From a virus (taxonomy: Duplodnaviria > Caudoviricetes), in the IMG/VR virus record IMGVR_UViG_3300022920_000542, positions 1 to 61,145 of that record: a stretch of 61,145 nucleotides of DNA. The stretch is one strand, 5' to 3'. Shown here piece by piece: positions 60,541-61,145 of the stretch (within the stretch, counting starts at the first letter, position 1; every line of letters starts with the position of its first letter). Under the pieces are notes generated by a model, which worked only from the letters and a program-made list of their open reading frames with translations, did not search any database and was not told the origin of the DNA. The position numbers and the translations under genes are program-made.

Positions 60541-61145
60541 GTGGCAGTAAAAAAACGAAGAAAAAAATCTAAAATATACTTTGGTAAAGAAGCAGAAAAT
60601 GCAATTATAGAATATAACGGTTCTGAAGATGAAGTTTTAAGGAATAAAATATATAACGAAAGAATCTCAGCTCCATTCGATAAACTAGCAGAAAATATAT
60701 TAAACACTTTTAAGTTTTCATATTTTCAATGTAGTCATATTGAGGTTCAACAAGAAGTGGTTAGTAACTTAGTTAGTAATATACACAAATATAAACCTGA
60801 CAACGGAAAGGCATTTTCATATTTTAGCATAATCGCAAAAAATTTCTTAATCCTGTACAATAATGGTAATTATAGAAAGTTTAAAAAGCACGTAAGTGTT
60901 GATGACGAGGAAGCACCAAATGTAGATATGGCACTTAGCTCTACTACACAGAGTTCTCAAACAAAAAAAGAATTAAGTGAATTCTTCCGGTTAATGATTG
61001 GGTTTTGGGATGTAAATATCGAAAAAACATTCAAAAAGCAAAGTGAGTTACAAATAGCATATGCAGTTTTGGAAATATTTAGAAACTCAGATAGAATTGA
61101 AAATTTCAATAAAAAAGCATTATATCTGTATATAAGAGAAATGAC
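60541..61145 (+). CDS. phage late-transcription sigma factor-like protein (T4 gp55-like), runs off the window
   Basis: Not in the ORF track. GTG behind AGGA; manual translation gives KIYFGKEAENAIIEYN...FDKLAENI...HKYKPDNGKAFSYFSIIAKNFLI...FNKKALYLYIREM; AFSYF resembles the sigma region 2 (P/A)FAYF motif. Confidence 0.65.
   Translation, partial: MAVKKRRKKSKIYFGKEAENAIIEYNGSEDEVLRNKIYNERISAPFDKLAENILNTFKFSYFQCSHIEVQQEVVSNLVSNIHKYKPDNGKAFSYFSIIAKNFLILYNNGNYRKFKKHVSVDDEEAPNVDMALSSTTQSSQTKKELSEFFRLMIGFWDVNIEKTFKKQSELQIAYAVLEIFRNSDRIENFNKKALYLYIREM

Overview
AT-rich, densely packed 61 kb segment that reads as part of a large (jumbo-type) T4-related dsDNA bacteriophage genome, not a cellular chromosome. 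It has a family B DNA polymerase, sliding clamp, clamp loader, dUTPase, PhoH, Hsp20, a partial gp55-like late sigma factor, four CCA-encoding tRNAs, virion-like proteins and many host-derived genes (two tandem gdhA, dnaK, an M29 aminopeptidase, a lipase-GDPD fusion, nucleotide-sugar enzymes, glycosyltransferases). Best leads: (1) a minus-strand gene run AsnB-like amidotransferase / 2-hydroxyacid dehydrogenase / 2OG-Fe(II) oxygenase / PLP enzyme / two paralogous SPPY-type DNA methyltransferases, a candidate DNA hypermodification pathway, abutting tail-to-tail (0 bp gap) two paralogous restriction-endonuclease-like late proteins; (2) a tandem bulged-G RNA hairpin motif with covarying stems in the 5' UTRs of both heat-shock genes, 55 kb apart; (3) an A10 slippery site that would add a Pro/Thr-repeat extension to a membrane protein by a -1 shift; (4) a shared C-terminal FFxF clamp-binding-like peptide on the polymerase and two methyltransferases; (5) a triple-HExxH protein. 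All calls come from motif reading by eye; no searches or folding programs were run.
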